From: Cladosporium halotolerans
Lineage: Eukaryota
Direction of reading: 5' to 3'
NCBI RefSeq assembly: GCF_011745625.1
Contig: NW_027191482.1
Span: 62,001-126,000, forward strand
DNA: 64,000 nt
Positions within the stretch are counted from its first letter, which is position 1; each line of letters begins with the position of its first letter. The notes beneath the pieces are model-generated. The model was not told the origin of the DNA. It saw only the letters and a program-made list of their open reading frames with translations, and did no database searches. Below are positions 46,475 through 58,822 of the stretch, piece by piece. A program made the translations under genes and the position numbers.

Positions 46475-49328
46475 TCATCCAACCTCTCTCCTCGTGCTCA
46501 AATACAACTCCAAGCTCGCCTCCCCATCCCCTTCGCCACTTGACCCTCTGCCACCGACTGCTCCACTCCTCCTCGCAACCCGACTCTCCCACACCATCGG
46601 CACCGCTCTCTCGCCCTCCAGCACATCGCCAAATCTCCCTGCCAACGGACCTGCATTGTTTAGCGCACCGTTCGTCTGCAAAACTGCCATGAGCGCCGCG
46701 TGTAGCAGGGCGTTGCGGCGTTCCAGCGCTTCAAGGCGCTCTAGGCGGGCATCGAGGCGGCGGTTCGTAGCATTGCTGGAGGTTGACGAGGATGCTGTTG
46801 GTGGATTGTTTGTGGTGCGCAGGTCTTGGGTAGTTATATGCGGAAGCGGTTTGCTGAGGGAGGCATTGTGGGAGTGATTGTGGCGGGGTTGGAGAGGGGC
46901 GGGAGAGAGAGGTGAATGAGGTGGGAGAGGAAGATCCTTTGCTCGGCCGTCGCTTGGGGAGGGCCGCATGACCTTCCTGGTTGCGTCTGGACCTGAGATG
47001 GGAGGTGTTGGAGGCAAAGCGCGGTTGGGTGGTGGCGAGGGCAGGGGTGGGGTGTCGTCTTTTTTTGCTGGTGGTTTGCTGGTGTCGGGTGTGCTTGGAC
47101 GAGAGTTGCCGATGCTTCCGCGGCTCCTTCGTTTGATGGCGGTGCGAGAGATTGAGGCAGACCGAGGGCGTGGAGCATACTTGGTGCCTTCACCGCGAAG
47201 GATGAGTCTGGGTGGTTTGAGAGTGTTTCTCGCTTTAGGCGGCGGGACTTCCTCCGCAACCAGCATTACCGGGCTGAGAGCCATGACCGCTGAATTGGGA
47301 CTTCCGTTGCTCACTGATGGAGAGGTGGGTGAGCAGCTAGCCCGAGGCTCTTCGCAAGACTTTTCCTTCTCCTCCTGGGAGGGTACAGTGGAGACTGGGC
47401 TCAGAGTGTTCTCTGTAATTTCCTTCCAGCTTGCGTTACTAGATGCGGATGAAGACGCTCGAGTAGTCAAGGGAGCAGGCCTGAAGTCAGGGATTTGAAT
47501 CTGTGGCCGTGCCTTGCGAAGACGGCGCGCAGGTAGCGTAGGATCGTTGACGATAGAGTCGATCGTTCGTGAGAAGCCAGGCTTGTCACGAATCTTGCGT
47601 TGTCTGGTCCGCTCTTCCCTCTCCTTCTTCGAGATCGGATACAGCGGATGCTTGAGTGGATTGCGATCTCGCGATTTTGGTCGTTTGATTGGTCCGGTAC
47701 ACTCTGTGATTACCGACGGTATGATGATTGGCATTTCACTCTCGCTGGCATGCTCGCTGACGCTTCTGATGCTGGGAGCCATCTTGGGCGTTGCTCTGCG
47801 GCCACTTCCTGGTGTTGTTATGATGCCTTCGATACCGGTTGAATCCCGGCAGAATCTCAACGGACTCTTGGCTGGCGGAGGACCAGGGCTGTCGGAAAAG
47901 CTTCGTGGTCCTATTGATGTGGCCATGCTAGGGGAACGCTGCAACAAAGGGTGACTTCCTAGCCTTCGCGGGGATGGATGTTTGATCTCGACGTCTCGTC
48001 CGATGCGAGGTAGTCTCACTGGAAACTCCTCCATTGGAAGTGCGATAGGGGATAATCTTGCATTCGGATGGTTGCGCTTGCTTGGGAAGTGGTGAGAACT
48101 TTCAACAGATCGCTTAGCGGGATGTTCGGTCAGGTCATGCCGGTAGGTCTCTGCGATTGTCGAAGCAGACTCAGGCTGTGGTGTGGGCGGATTAGAAGCA
48201 GCGGGTCTAACCGGTGAGGAAGATCCACATATTACACGCAGAGCAGGCTCGCTTTCTGCTCCAAGAGATACAGATGGCTGACGAGAAGGCGGTGGCGTGC
48301 TGTGTGGAAACCTTGCGTGAAGGTAAGTGTCGACACCGTCAAGTGTGTGGCTGTATCGTGTGTCATCTGTGAAAGATACCGAGACTCGCGATTCGAGGAT
48401 AGGAGAGCTGCCTAGGTCAGCCAATCACCCATACAGGTTGTTCAGTTGCGAATCTCACTTCAATGTCAACTTTTCGTCTTGCTTTTTCTCATCTTCAGGC
48501 ATTCCGATTGGTTTCAATGCCAAGTACTTCTGGCCTAACGCCATATCAGCAATGTCATATTGAACAAGTTTCAGCTGGACGCACCTGTGGAGGAGACTTT
48601 TTGCTCGATCGTGGGTGGCAGCAACAAACCACCTTCGTCTTGGAGCCTCAAGCCGTCCTGCTCCAACGCATTGTGCAGCCTGCTGAGGTCAGCAGAAGTT
48701 CGTCTACGACGATCGACAAGCCCCATACTCACTGATCATGTGCATCAGTCACAGATGCGGAAGGCCGCCGTTGCCCAACCTTCAACCACTTCAACACACT
48801 CCACGAAGCCGATACGGCACGTCGCGGATGCTCCTCGACCTTCCTCGGGCGCCTACTTGAGGGAATCGGACCGGTCGTCTTCAGAAAGAAAGCCAAATCG
48901 TGACTCTCATAGCCCGGATGCAAAGGTAGTAAGCTCGTCTGCGTCAACATCTTCTTCTCTTCGCGCCTCGCATACGGTGGCTGATCCGTGCGGACGTAAT
49001 GCAAGCTGTCCGGCCTAGAATCCAACCCGCCCTCGAGCGAAGCGTGAACGTCGTCGTGCAGTTCAACTTTGATCGAATCCTCTCTGAGAATGGTCGAGCT
49101 CGCCTTCCGCACGTTCTCTCGCTGCTGAGCAGAAGGGATCTGGCCCATGATGGCTTTCGTGTAAAGGGGCCCCGCGCCCACGGCGGCCATACCCTTGCCA
49201 GCGGCGCCAGAGAGCATGTCAGTATCGTGGGAGGGGCTGTCGGGGCCTGTTATCTCGAAGCCCCGGGGCGTGTGGTCGAGGAAGATCGGAGCTGGAGTGC
49301 GGCGATGTGCGTGAGCGGAAGGCTGCAT
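46475..49328 (-). CDS. Hypothetical Pro/Ser/Arg-rich protein with C-terminal coiled coil (about 900 aa)
   Basis: Introns 48683-48732, 48535-48584 and 48408-48458 give an open 2703-nt CDS; DLAFFLKTTGP and LEALERRNALLHAALMAVL blocks. Confidence 0.7.
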
Positions 49329-50645
49329 TAGGGACGATAATGGGGAGCGGACTTGGAGGGTTTGATGCGTCGGCGTGGCTCGCAGGCGGGCGTGCGTGGA
49401 ATTGATGGGATGCTGTGCGGCAGGGCTTGCGTTGTGCTGGCTGGACAGGGAAGCCGGGACTCGGAAAGAAGATGCACAAGGATAAATAGCTATCACATGG
49501 CTTTCCAGGAGCAAACGATTGTGTGCGAGCGAGTGACGGTGGCTTCAGTGGACGACCGAGCGGCTTTGAGGTCAGCAGGAGAGACGACAAGAAGGCTCTT
49601 CGCTTGGTACAACGAACAGGTCGAGGGTAAATAAAAGCAACTGGCCGCCCTCCTCAGAGTGAGTACTACGCAAAGGCGCAAGGGCAAAGCGGCGGGTCGG
49701 CAGCGCTGAAGAAAAGCCTTGGAGGACACATTGTACGACGCCTACCCGCAGCTACGAGCCGTCGGACGAGGGTGTGCAGGGTGCGCATCGCGAGCTATCA
49801 AGGGCAATGCCATGTGTTCAGGAGATGTGATGTTGGCATGAAGGCAGTGCAATGTGATGCCGGTGACTTGGTGTCTAGAACCGCTGCTGTGAGTCTTGTC
49901 GTAGACAACCAGACACCTGACGATTGTCCGGACGGCGAGCCGTCGCGATTGGCTATTAATGGATACCGACGGCGATTGTGAGGGCACACAGAGGGGCAAC
50001 AGCGTGTGCGCGCGCGCAAGGGGGTACGAGCATGCAAGCCGTCACGATTCGGCTGCAGGTGAGGTCGGACAAGGACAAAGCGTGGATGCACCCGAGCAGG
50101 GATTCCGAAACATCTGCGTCTCGCGAGAACAACACGCTGGAGCACGATCGTCGGAGAATATCCTGGTCACCAGTGTACCGTTACAGGCCCATCGAGTGAC
50201 ATTTCGAAAACGAAGCGTTCCTCGTGGGCAAATTCTCCGAAGATGGCCTGTCAAAGGTGTGGTGTCTATCCGGATCAAGTCACCATGTCGCGTGCTGACG
50301 GTCTTACGCTCACTCACTGCTACGTGCATCGGACATGGCAACATTCATTGGGAAAGCTGGCCAGGCATTGCTGCAGTGGCCGCACTGGGATAATACGTTA
50401 CTTACAGTGTCCGGTCGCAACGCGAGGGACGGCGAATGCTGCAGCTGCTGGCGGTCCGGTCTCAGTAGCAACAGACGCGGCCTGCCAGTGCTCTGGAGTA
50501 ATCACAGCGTCTCACTGATCTGCATGCTATCCTACACTCGCGGGTGTATCTATGTTGCTCTCGAAAACAAGCTTCCCTCTGAGAACCATCATCAACTTCC
50601 CGTCGTTACAGACTCCAACGGCACGGTCGGCCTCAATCGCCTCAT

Positions 50646-53600
50646 CTACCTTTTCCGCTCGAGGAAAGGGTTTGCGGCTTGCTTCTTCCTGCGAACGGGC
50701 GCAGGCGGTGGGACAGCGGGCGCTCTCTTCGTCGTGCCTTCTCCGCGCTCCCGGGTGTCTGCCTTCTCCTTGTCAGAAAGGGGTGTTTCACCCCGAGACA
50801 CTGTCCCATCCAGCTGCGCGGGCATCTTCGCTGAGGGCACAGCAGGATCCGCGTCGGCCATCTCGACATCTTCGCTGGGCTTCGACGGCTCCACGCGCGG
50901 TCGCACTGCGCCGTCGCTGCCGCTCTCTGACGCGGGCCGCTTCTTGTTGTTTGCAATGCGATCTTGGAACCGGTAGGTCACCCCTTCCATCTTGGTACTT
51001 TCAGAACCTTCGTGTTGCACAGCGAGCGGCGAAGGCCTCGTGGCGTGTGTCTCACTCGACGCGCCGTTCTGTGCGGGCGAGTGACGTGACGGCGGCTCGG
51101 ACGGAGTCCGGCTCTGCTTTCCAACCTGCATCTGAGACTTGTGCGAGTCGATGTCCGCCATCGACTTTGTGTTCAAGTCACTGGCAGGGAACGCACTCGA
51201 AGGCTTCTGCAGCATGCCCAGAACATTGCCCGTCGTGTAGTTGTCCCTAGCTTGAGCATCCTCGACGAGCATTTTCCAGTACCGGCCGCGTACGAGCGAC
51301 TCAGAGTTGCCGAGAACCCACAAACTCGACTTCGCTCTAGTCAGACCGACGTTCATACGCCTGATGTCCTGCAAGAAACCAATGCCACCTGCCGGTGAAG
51401 CACGCACGCAGGAGAAGATGATGATTTCGCTCTCACGGCCTTGGTAGGCATCAGTAGTGTTGAACTCAACGACATCTTCCACATCGTTACCGAATCTTGA
51501 CGCGAATCGGTCCTTCAGCGCTCTAAGCTGTGACTTGTACGGTGTGATGATACCAACGCGTCCTGTGAAATCGTAACCCTTGAAGTCGGTTCTCAACCTT
51601 GAGTACAGTGCCATGGCGACATCAATCTCTGCCAAGTTGATGAGGGAGTGACCCTTGGGTGCGGCAGAATGTTGACCCTTAACATCGAAGAAGCGATACG
51701 GTGCCAGAAGCGCGCTCTTGTGCCAGGGTTGCACCCGCAGACCTGCCATGCCTTCTCCATCCTTGAGCAAGCCATCGTAGAACGTCCTGCTCGGGAAAAG
51801 ACTGATATCAGGGTGCATGCGGTATTGGGTGTCAAGCAAATGCACCTCATTGGCAAAGTTGTTCTGCATGCGGACGAACAAGCTCTGTTCGTACTGGAAC
51901 CGAGCAGCCTCCTTGGAAAACACCGTGGGTGGCAGTTGCTTAGGATCTCCGACCATGATGCACTTCACGCAGCCGTATTTCAGAGGGATGAGGGAACTCA
52001 TTTCAACACACTGCGCTGCTTCGTCGATGATGACCGTTTCGAATTCAATGTTCAGGCTCTGGAACATGTCGTGACCGGAACCGCTGAGAGTAGCGCAGAT
52101 GACGTGAGCGTTGTCCAGCACAGCCTGTTGAGCTTTCTTGCGATTCAACTCGTTCTCACGTCCAGCCTGCCTCTCTTGATCCTTCGAATTATCAATGCGG
52201 ATACCAAGGTCGTTCTTCTTTCGGCGGACTGCGACGATGGCATTGTCGAGTTCGGAGCGCTCATTGCCCTTGACCTCGCCGCTGTCACGCTTGGAGTAGA
52301 GATCTCTCAGCTCAGCAGAGACCTTCTCGTGCTCCTTGTAGAGCTCGGCATTCTTTTGGCGCATGTTTTGATCTTTGTCAGAATTGCCGAGGTGCTTCGA
52401 AACGAGTTCTTCCATGGTGACGTCGCGGACCTGGGCATTGATCGCGTCACTACGACCAATACGGACAACATTCAACGGGTAATTCTTGCCGTTCTTCGTC
52501 TTGACGCCAGCCTTGAGACGCATCACCAATTCGTCGACAGCGGCATTACTGGGCGCGCAGACAAGTAGCTTACGTGAAGCACCGCCGATGTCTCCATTAC
52601 GCTGACCGGGCACGGCAATCCTGGTTGTTCCGGCCGATGAGCCTAGCGTACTCGACAGCAGGCCACCAACGATCGCGACGATAGTCTTCGTTTTGCCAGA
52701 GCCGGGAGGTCCCTGGATGAGCGAGAAACCCTCATTATCAAGCGCGGCATTGATTGCCTCCGATTGGGCGCGGTTCACGTTGTAGATGTCTTGAAGGTTG
52801 CCAATCTGCTTCTCGCTGTAGTTGATGCGAGGAGATGGCTTGGCTTTGATGATTTGGTTGCAGAGGTCGTAGTACTGCAAGCCCTGCAAGGCACCGTATT
52901 CACGCTCCAGCGGTGTGATTGACTGAATTTTCACACCGTGCACAAATACACCAGGTGTGAGTGAGGGACCAAGAGTACCACCAGTAAGCTGGTACACGAT
53001 CTCGTTGTGAGCCTTCTGGCGCTTGACACGGTAGATCCTGGCAAGGCAGTGCGGTGCCTTCTCATCTTCGGCTGGCTTCTTGGACGTCGACAAAAGGACG
53101 ATGTCACCCTCCTGAAGTTTCAGGTCCCTGTTGTCGACGTGGCTGACCGAGCTGCTGATCTCGATGAACTGATCAACATTACTACGATTGATGACTTTGA
53201 TCTCGTATGGCTTCGATGACTCCTCCTCGCGTGCTTTTACCATGCCTTGCCACGCTTCAAGAGTGAGGAGCGGTTGGAACGTTTCCTGATAAGTCGTCGG
53301 GTCAAGGAACGAATCCGATAATTGACGGAACTGGTGTTCATTGGATCCTGGTGGATAGTCACCTTCGTGGAAGAATTCCCATCGGAGGATCACGCGGTGC
53401 AAGGGTCCGAGATCCGGGGCTAGACGTGCCCTCATGTCTTTCAGGGAGCGCTGCGTTCTCTGAATACGAGTTGGGCCCCTCTTTGCCTCAGCCTTCTGCC
53501 CAGTGACGCTATTAGGGTCGACGAATGCAGGGCCGCGGTGCACAGGCTTCTTCTCCTTGGTCTTGCTGCCAAAGAGTTCATTGTCCAGCTCATCGTCCGA

Positions 53601-56600
53601 TTCGCTCTCCTCGTCCGAAGAGACCATCACGTTCTGGCCCTTAAGAGTATGATCTTTGCCCATGTCTCCCAGCCCAGACACACCGGAGCCAGCACCAATA
53701 CCCTTCGCCTTGGCGAGTGCTGCAGCTTTGGCTCTATCCGCTTCCTCTTTCGCTTGTTTCCGCTTGGCCAGAAAGTCATTTTGCGAGTCACGGGTCGGTG
53801 TAGGGCGGACGGTGGTGGCCCCAACGGCTTTCTTCCCAGCCAATTCCTGGCGCTTCTTCCATTGATCAGCAGTGACAGAAGCAGAAGCATTGAGCTTCTT
53901 CACTTCCGCTGCAGTCGGCGCAGATGACAGCTTGCTCTTTGCAGCCGATTTGCCCCAGGCATCCAAGTCAATCGCACCGGGCCTCTTCGCTTTGGTGGGC
54001 TCGATTGGAGTAGAAGATCTGCTGCTATCCCTACTGTCCCTGCCAGAGGCCCATTTCTGCAACGAGCTCTGCTTGAGAGGCTGCTGGGGAGCATCAACGT
54101 CGACAATCTCTGGGCCGCTTGCAGTGCCCAAGTGTTTCTCAAACGCCCTGGAGATCTTGGCTTTCTGGTTCATGCTGAGCTTCGTTTTAGTCCTGTTGTT
54201 GATGACATTGTCAAGACTCTGCGCCGCATCCTCTGCGATCTCGATGCCCACCTCCTCCAGGCGAAGTAACATCTTGGTCGTAAGATTGACGGCCTTGTCA
54301 ACCAAGTAGTCATCACGTAAGCGAAGCCATTTTGTAATACTGGTAAAGGTAGACTTTGGCCAGCCCAGAAGCCTCTTGTCGCTCTCCTGGGAATCGGTGT
54401 TGAGTGTCGTCTTGAGGGTGTTGGCGATAACCGAAAATTGGTCGAAAGCGAAGTCGGCGAAGTCCATAGTCTCACGACAGAAGTCTTGCATGAGCTCCTT
54501 TTCGTACCCAAGGTTGCTCCAAGGTTCCGTCTGTTCGAAGATCACGTTGAGGGTCATCCAGGTGAGTTGCCAGAAAGACTCGAGGGCACGAAGGTCGCGA
54601 TCCTCCAGAGTCCTGCCGGACCTCAGGATACCGTCGGAGCTGTCGCAAAGACAGCTGTACAAGTCGCTGCAGATTTTGAGAGTCCTCATGCTAGGTGTGA
54701 ATGCCTTCGCTCTGGCGATGGCCCTCACTGCGGAGATAATACCCTGAAGTGTGGTGCTTGGGGCGAGCTTCAGGACATGCATTAGACTGTCACGCCTGCC
54801 GTCCTCACCGCTTAGAGTCTTTAGCAAGTTCATGGCGGGATGTTGCAGACGATCATCGCCGTTGAACAGCAAAGAAAGAATGCCATTAGCACCCTCCTGT
54901 TCGCGGTACATTTCGACGAGTTGATCGGGGCTGAACGCCTGCAAACGGTCAAGAAAGTCGTCCGCTGTCATGGTAATGACTCGATTCAGAGCCAGGTTCC
55001 AGTCTTGGGCTTGCCTCGGTGCAGCTTGTACCTGACGCGAGGCAAAGGTCTCCAAGGGCAGCAAACCTTGGATGCCGGAGAGAATGGCGGTGGGAAGAGC
55101 GGCGTGTCCTGGCTGTACGGCCCGCATAGTCATTCTCCAGGTATCGAGACTCGATATACCTAGCTCATGATCCAGGCCTTTCTGCAGTAGGATGTGCGAT
55201 CGGTCTGCATGCAAACTCTGCACATCAATGGCAAGGACGTCCTTGACAATCGCAAGGCAGAGTCCCAGCGTGATGTCGATTCGCATCTCATCTCTGTCTT
55301 CGATGCCTTCGAGCTCATGCATTATCAACTTGGTATGCTCCTTTGCAACAAGCTCCGCCATGTGTGTCAAAACCGGTCCCTCCTTGACATTCGTTTTAAT
55401 GCTCCTCAAGGCTTCGAGCAGGCAGCGAAGTCCGTGACGCCACGTCGTACTACGGGTGTAGCGAGAGTACACATCGCTCTGACATCGCTTTATCAATTGA
55501 TCGAGGAGAGCACGAACAGGCGGTACAAGATTTGTGGGCTTGATCGATTTGATGAACGGTGGCAGCCACGCCAATTTCTCATCAAGATTCAGAGGCTCTT
55601 TGTCATCGGTGATTCTCATCACCTTCTCAAGAGTTGGAGACTTGAAGAATTGCTCGACCATCTGTTGAGGAGTACACGCCCCAAACGCATCCCAAAAGTC
55701 GTTCGGGCTTAGCTCTAGCAAGAGTTTGAAACTTGCTGTGAGGTCATCGAAATGGTCACCATCAACTGCGAAGTGATCCAGCGCCGTAGTGTAGAGATTG
55801 ACGTCCAGTGCACGAAGATGATTGGTGATGGTATCCTTGGTAAGCTTCTGAAGGATAATCTTCATCCCTGTCCAGAAAACAGGCAACAATTTGATATCAA
55901 GGAAAGCCACGTGCATACGCGGAAGTGCCTGATCCAGAGCCGGTTTGACGCCGTACTCAAACTCGGCTCCAGAAAGAGGGCGCTTGATGCCGCTGAAGTT
56001 CTTGATTGCCCAAGCCGAGCGATCTGCATTGCTGCTGAACAGGAAGAAAGCCATGCCGGGGGCGTAGTTGGGAAGCTTGATCTTCTTTTTGCTTTGAACC
56101 AGCTGAAATGGCTTGTCGAAATGTTGGCTCAGCGCATCTTCATCCTTGAGGAATGGCAAGCAATTCAGAGCTTCAAACAGCGCGTACATGCCTACGTCTC
56201 CGGCAGCAGCGATGTTACGCTGCTCCGGCGGAAGATCATGCAGCATCGCTTTGGCGGAGTCCAGACCTGCTCCAATCCGCTCGATATTCATTTCATCAAA
56301 GCGTCGCATGAATTGTTCAACCTCATCCGTATCGTATTCCGACTCGAGGCTCGTTTTCAGCTGACTGCGGCTGCGGTGGTAGACTCGAATGCAGATGTCG
56401 CATCGTATGAGCTGTTTGCGCAGGCTGTCCTTGAACTGCTGCTGGTATACCTGCGCCTCCCCGCCATCAAATGCCAAAATTGTACATGCATCCAGCACTC
56501 TTGATGTCCTGCTCTGCGCCTCTTCTACCTTTGACTGCCGGGTCTCCTCATCTTTGATCTCGCTGGAGGGTATGCCTTGAATGTCCTCATCATAGTAGAG

Positions 56601-56693
56601 TTCGCCATCGTCAGACCCGTGGCGCGGACAAAACCAGTGAACCTTTTCGTCCAAAGAGGTGATGTCTTGAATCTTTTGCACGAGCTCCGCCAT
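50646..56693 (-). CDS. SEN1: SF1 RNA/DNA helicase Sen1 (senataxin)
   Basis: N-terminal HWFCP...CDIC domain; QGPPGSGKT, CAPSNAAVDE, IIDEAAQ, GDPKQLPP, QYRMHP and RRMNVGLTRAK motifs; 2015 aa. Confidence 0.96.
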   Translation of the reverse strand: MAELVQKIQDITSLDEKVHWFCPRHGSDDGELYYDEDIQGIPSSEIKDEETRQSKVEEAQSRTSRVLDACTILAFDGGEAQVYQQQFKDSLRKQLIRCDICIRVYHRSRSQLKTSLESEYDTDEVEQFMRRFDEMNIERIGAGLDSAKAMLHDLPPEQRNIAAAGDVGMYALFEALNCLPFLKDEDALSQHFDKPFQLVQSKKKIKLPNYAPGMAFFLFSSNADRSAWAIKNFSGIKRPLSGAEFEYGVKPALDQALPRMHVAFLDIKLLPVFWTGMKIILQKLTKDTITNHLRALDVNLYTTALDHFAVDGDHFDDLTASFKLLLELSPNDFWDAFGACTPQQMVEQFFKSPTLEKVMRITDDKEPLNLDEKLAWLPPFIKSIKPTNLVPPVRALLDQLIKRCQSDVYSRYTRSTTWRHGLRCLLEALRSIKTNVKEGPVLTHMAELVAKEHTKLIMHELEGIEDRDEMRIDITLGLCLAIVKDVLAIDVQSLHADRSHILLQKGLDHELGISSLDTWRMTMRAVQPGHAALPTAILSGIQGLLPLETFASRQVQAAPRQAQDWNLALNRVITMTADDFLDRLQAFSPDQLVEMYREQEGANGILSLLFNGDDRLQHPAMNLLKTLSGEDGRRDSLMHVLKLAPSTTLQGIISAVRAIARAKAFTPSMRTLKICSDLYSCLCDSSDGILRSGRTLEDRDLRALESFWQLTWMTLNVIFEQTEPWSNLGYEKELMQDFCRETMDFADFAFDQFSVIANTLKTTLNTDSQESDKRLLGWPKSTFTSITKWLRLRDDYLVDKAVNLTTKMLLRLEEVGIEIAEDAAQSLDNVINNRTKTKLSMNQKAKISRAFEKHLGTASGPEIVDVDAPQQPLKQSSLQKWASGRDSRDSSRSSTPIEPTKAKRPGAIDLDAWGKSAAKSKLSSAPTAAEVKKLNASASVTADQWKKRQELAGKKAVGATTVRPTPTRDSQNDFLAKRKQAKEEADRAKAAALAKAKGIGAGSGVSGLGDMGKDHTLKGQNVMVSSDEESESDDELDNELFGSKTKEKKPVHRGPAFVDPNSVTGQKAEAKRGPTRIQRTQRSLKDMRARLAPDLGPLHRVILRWEFFHEGDYPPGSNEHQFRQLSDSFLDPTTYQETFQPLLTLEAWQGMVKAREEESSKPYEIKVINRSNVDQFIEISSSVSHVDNRDLKLQEGDIVLLSTSKKPAEDEKAPHCLARIYRVKRQKAHNEIVYQLTGGTLGPSLTPGVFVHGVKIQSITPLEREYGALQGLQYYDLCNQIIKAKPSPRINYSEKQIGNLQDIYNVNRAQSEAINAALDNEGFSLIQGPPGSGKTKTIVAIVGGLLSSTLGSSAGTTRIAVPGQRNGDIGGASRKLLVCAPSNAAVDELVMRLKAGVKTKNGKNYPLNVVRIGRSDAINAQVRDVTMEELVSKHLGNSDKDQNMRQKNAELYKEHEKVSAELRDLYSKRDSGEVKGNERSELDNAIVAVRRKKNDLGIRIDNSKDQERQAGRENELNRKKAQQAVLDNAHVICATLSGSGHDMFQSLNIEFETVIIDEAAQCVEMSSLIPLKYGCVKCIMVGDPKQLPPTVFSKEAARFQYEQSLFVRMQNNFANEVHLLDTQYRMHPDISLFPSRTFYDGLLKDGEGMAGLRVQPWHKSALLAPYRFFDVKGQHSAAPKGHSLINLAEIDVAMALYSRLRTDFKGYDFTGRVGIITPYKSQLRALKDRFASRFGNDVEDVVEFNTTDAYQGRESEIIIFSCVRASPAGGIGFLQDIRRMNVGLTRAKSSLWVLGNSESLVRGRYWKMLVEDAQARDNYTTGNVLGMLQKPSSAFPASDLNTKSMADIDSHKSQMQVGKQSRTPSEPPSRHSPAQNGASSETHATRPSPLAVQHEGSESTKMEGVTYRFQDRIANNKKRPASESGSDGAVRPRVEPSKPSEDVEMADADPAVPSAKMPAQLDGTVSRGETPLSDKEKADTRERGEGTTKRAPAVPPPAPVRRKKQAANPFLERKR

Positions 56694-57354
56694 CCTGATG
56701 CGGAGGGCGAGCCTCGCGTTGGCTCTGTGCTTGCTTGATGATACGGATCTAGTCGTTCGAGTGGTGTATTATGGGTAATGTCGAGATGATTTGTGAGAGG
56801 GTGTTGGTGGTGGGTGGAAGTGTTGGAAAGCGACAGGGGCGCAAGTCTTAAGCTGCTTTGCGCTGATCGCATGTGACTGTTAAGTCGCGATAATTCTAAG
56901 TGAAAGCGATCTGAAAATCAAGCTCTAACAGCATGTGATCATGGGTCAAGGTGTGTCCGGTCAAGCGAAGGAAGCTGTTGGCCAGGGAAGAACCGGCGAA
57001 AGGGTATCAAAAGTAGGCCAACCAGAACGCCAACCAATGCAGAGATTAACCACAGGCTTGACAGCCTTTGCGGGGTGTTGACGGGAGTTCAGCCTTGAGG
57101 GCGAATGCAGAGGGAGTCTGATCGTGATGTGAAGATGCAATTGAATGCTCAAAGCGCAGCCACTTCCGACGATCTCCCGCAACGCGACTTTCGCGCGTCC
57201 CCGCGTGCCTCAGGGTCTCCCGTACAGCTCTAGGCGTCATCAATTGTGCGTCAGCCTTGACTACCTTACAGCGTCGTGCAGCTTGGAATGCATTTATCTC
57301 AACTATGTGAAAAGGTTTAATGTCTTGACTGAGCTTGATCACGGCATTGCACGG

Positions 57355-58792
57355 ATGCAATCAACATTCAGAGTCACCTTGCCTAACACAGAGAGTACTT
57401 ATGGCCAGTATGTGAACAGGCAACAACTTGTGGCCTCACGTAGGTCACACACCAAGTCTCGAGGAGGCTGTGTAGCTTGTAAGAGGAGAAGAATCAAAGT
57501 AAGTGAGTGCAGGTACTCCAGAACCATGTCAGCAAGCCCACTCTATCTCTCTAAGTACCAACCAAAAGGACGCAGCACCGTCGAGAGATGCATGCGTTGT
57601 TATGAGATGCTGACATGTTCAGTGTGATGAGTCTCGACCGAGATGCACCAGATGCCAACGTATGACGCTCGATTGCGCGTATCCGTCTTCTGCAAGCTCT
57701 TCTCCGTACGAACAGGTGCCAATAGGACCGACGACAGTGTCAAGGAATCTAGCCGTTGATGTCGCTCAATCCAGCGTTCTCGAATTTCTTGGATTGGACG
57801 GCGGCATCTTACCTCCAGGCAAGCCCAACGACAGTATCCGCGCTCTCGATCACTTTCAAAATACTACATGCCATACGTTTGGTGGCGACATCTTGAGCCG
57901 GGTCATGCACGCCGTCGTGGGTGCCAACGTCTGGCAGTATCCGTATCTCATGCACATGGTGCTTGCCGTGTCCGCTGGTCACCAAAAACGCTTACTCGAA
58001 TCCACTTCACAACGTAAAAGACTTCACGACCTGGGCTTGGCAGAAGCCACCCATTGGCATCACGGCCTGAAAATGTTTCAAGAAGAACTTGCACAAAGCC
58101 ACCCCCCTCCTGGGCCAGAACGTTTTGATTTTGACGCGATGGTTGCTGCGATGTTCCTAACCATTGTGTTCACATTCTCAATGGACGATCAGCACGACAT
58201 CGACGCGCTGAGCATGGACGACGACTCCTTCGTCGATAGCATCATCAACACCATGGCATCAACGGGCGGATTCCGCGCTCTTCAAGCCATTCGTGAGGCA
58301 CCAAGCCACGGCTCAATATGGGTGCCAGTATTTTCTGCGGCCGATGATGATGCTGGGAGCTTCACGAACGGCCAAGATGGTATTGACGGGCTCCCGCCTG
58401 CGTTCGTTCAACTTTGCAATCTTGACCAGACTTCCTCGTCGCAGACCAATTCGTACCACGCGATTCTCCGCCATCTCACGCCATTACTTTCACTGAAGCC
58501 CGGTCAGCAAAACATGAACAAACTTTTCGCCTTTGGTGGAAGACTTCATGGCAAGTTCCGTCCTCTTCTCCTTCGAAAGGATCTACGAGCACTTTTACTC
58601 CTCTCATGGTGGCTGGCATTGTTGAGGCAGGTTGACGAATGGTGGGTGAGAAATTGGGCCAGGACGACATGCAGCAGCATTGTCACGTACCTATCCACTG
58701 CATCTGATCCAAAGGTACAGGCGCTACTTGTCTTTCCGGCTACATTTGGTACTGCGGACATCTCTTGGATATGGCATCTTGATGGCGATTAA
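57355..58792 (+). CDS. Zn(II)2Cys6 transcription factor (Upc2-like family)
   Basis: RRSHTKSRGGCVACKRRRIK|CDESRPRCTRCQRMTLDCAY across intron 57499-57622; YPYLMHMVLAVSAGH fungal TF domain. Confidence 0.9.
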
Positions 58793-58822
58793 TATTATGT
58801 CTCGACAAATCTAGAATACACA

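Noticed and set aside
57499..57622. Possible second stwintron in the TF intron (GTAA-GTGAGT...AAAG-GA)
   Set aside because: The intron can be removed in one step in frame with canonical signals, and the internal branch site is weak.
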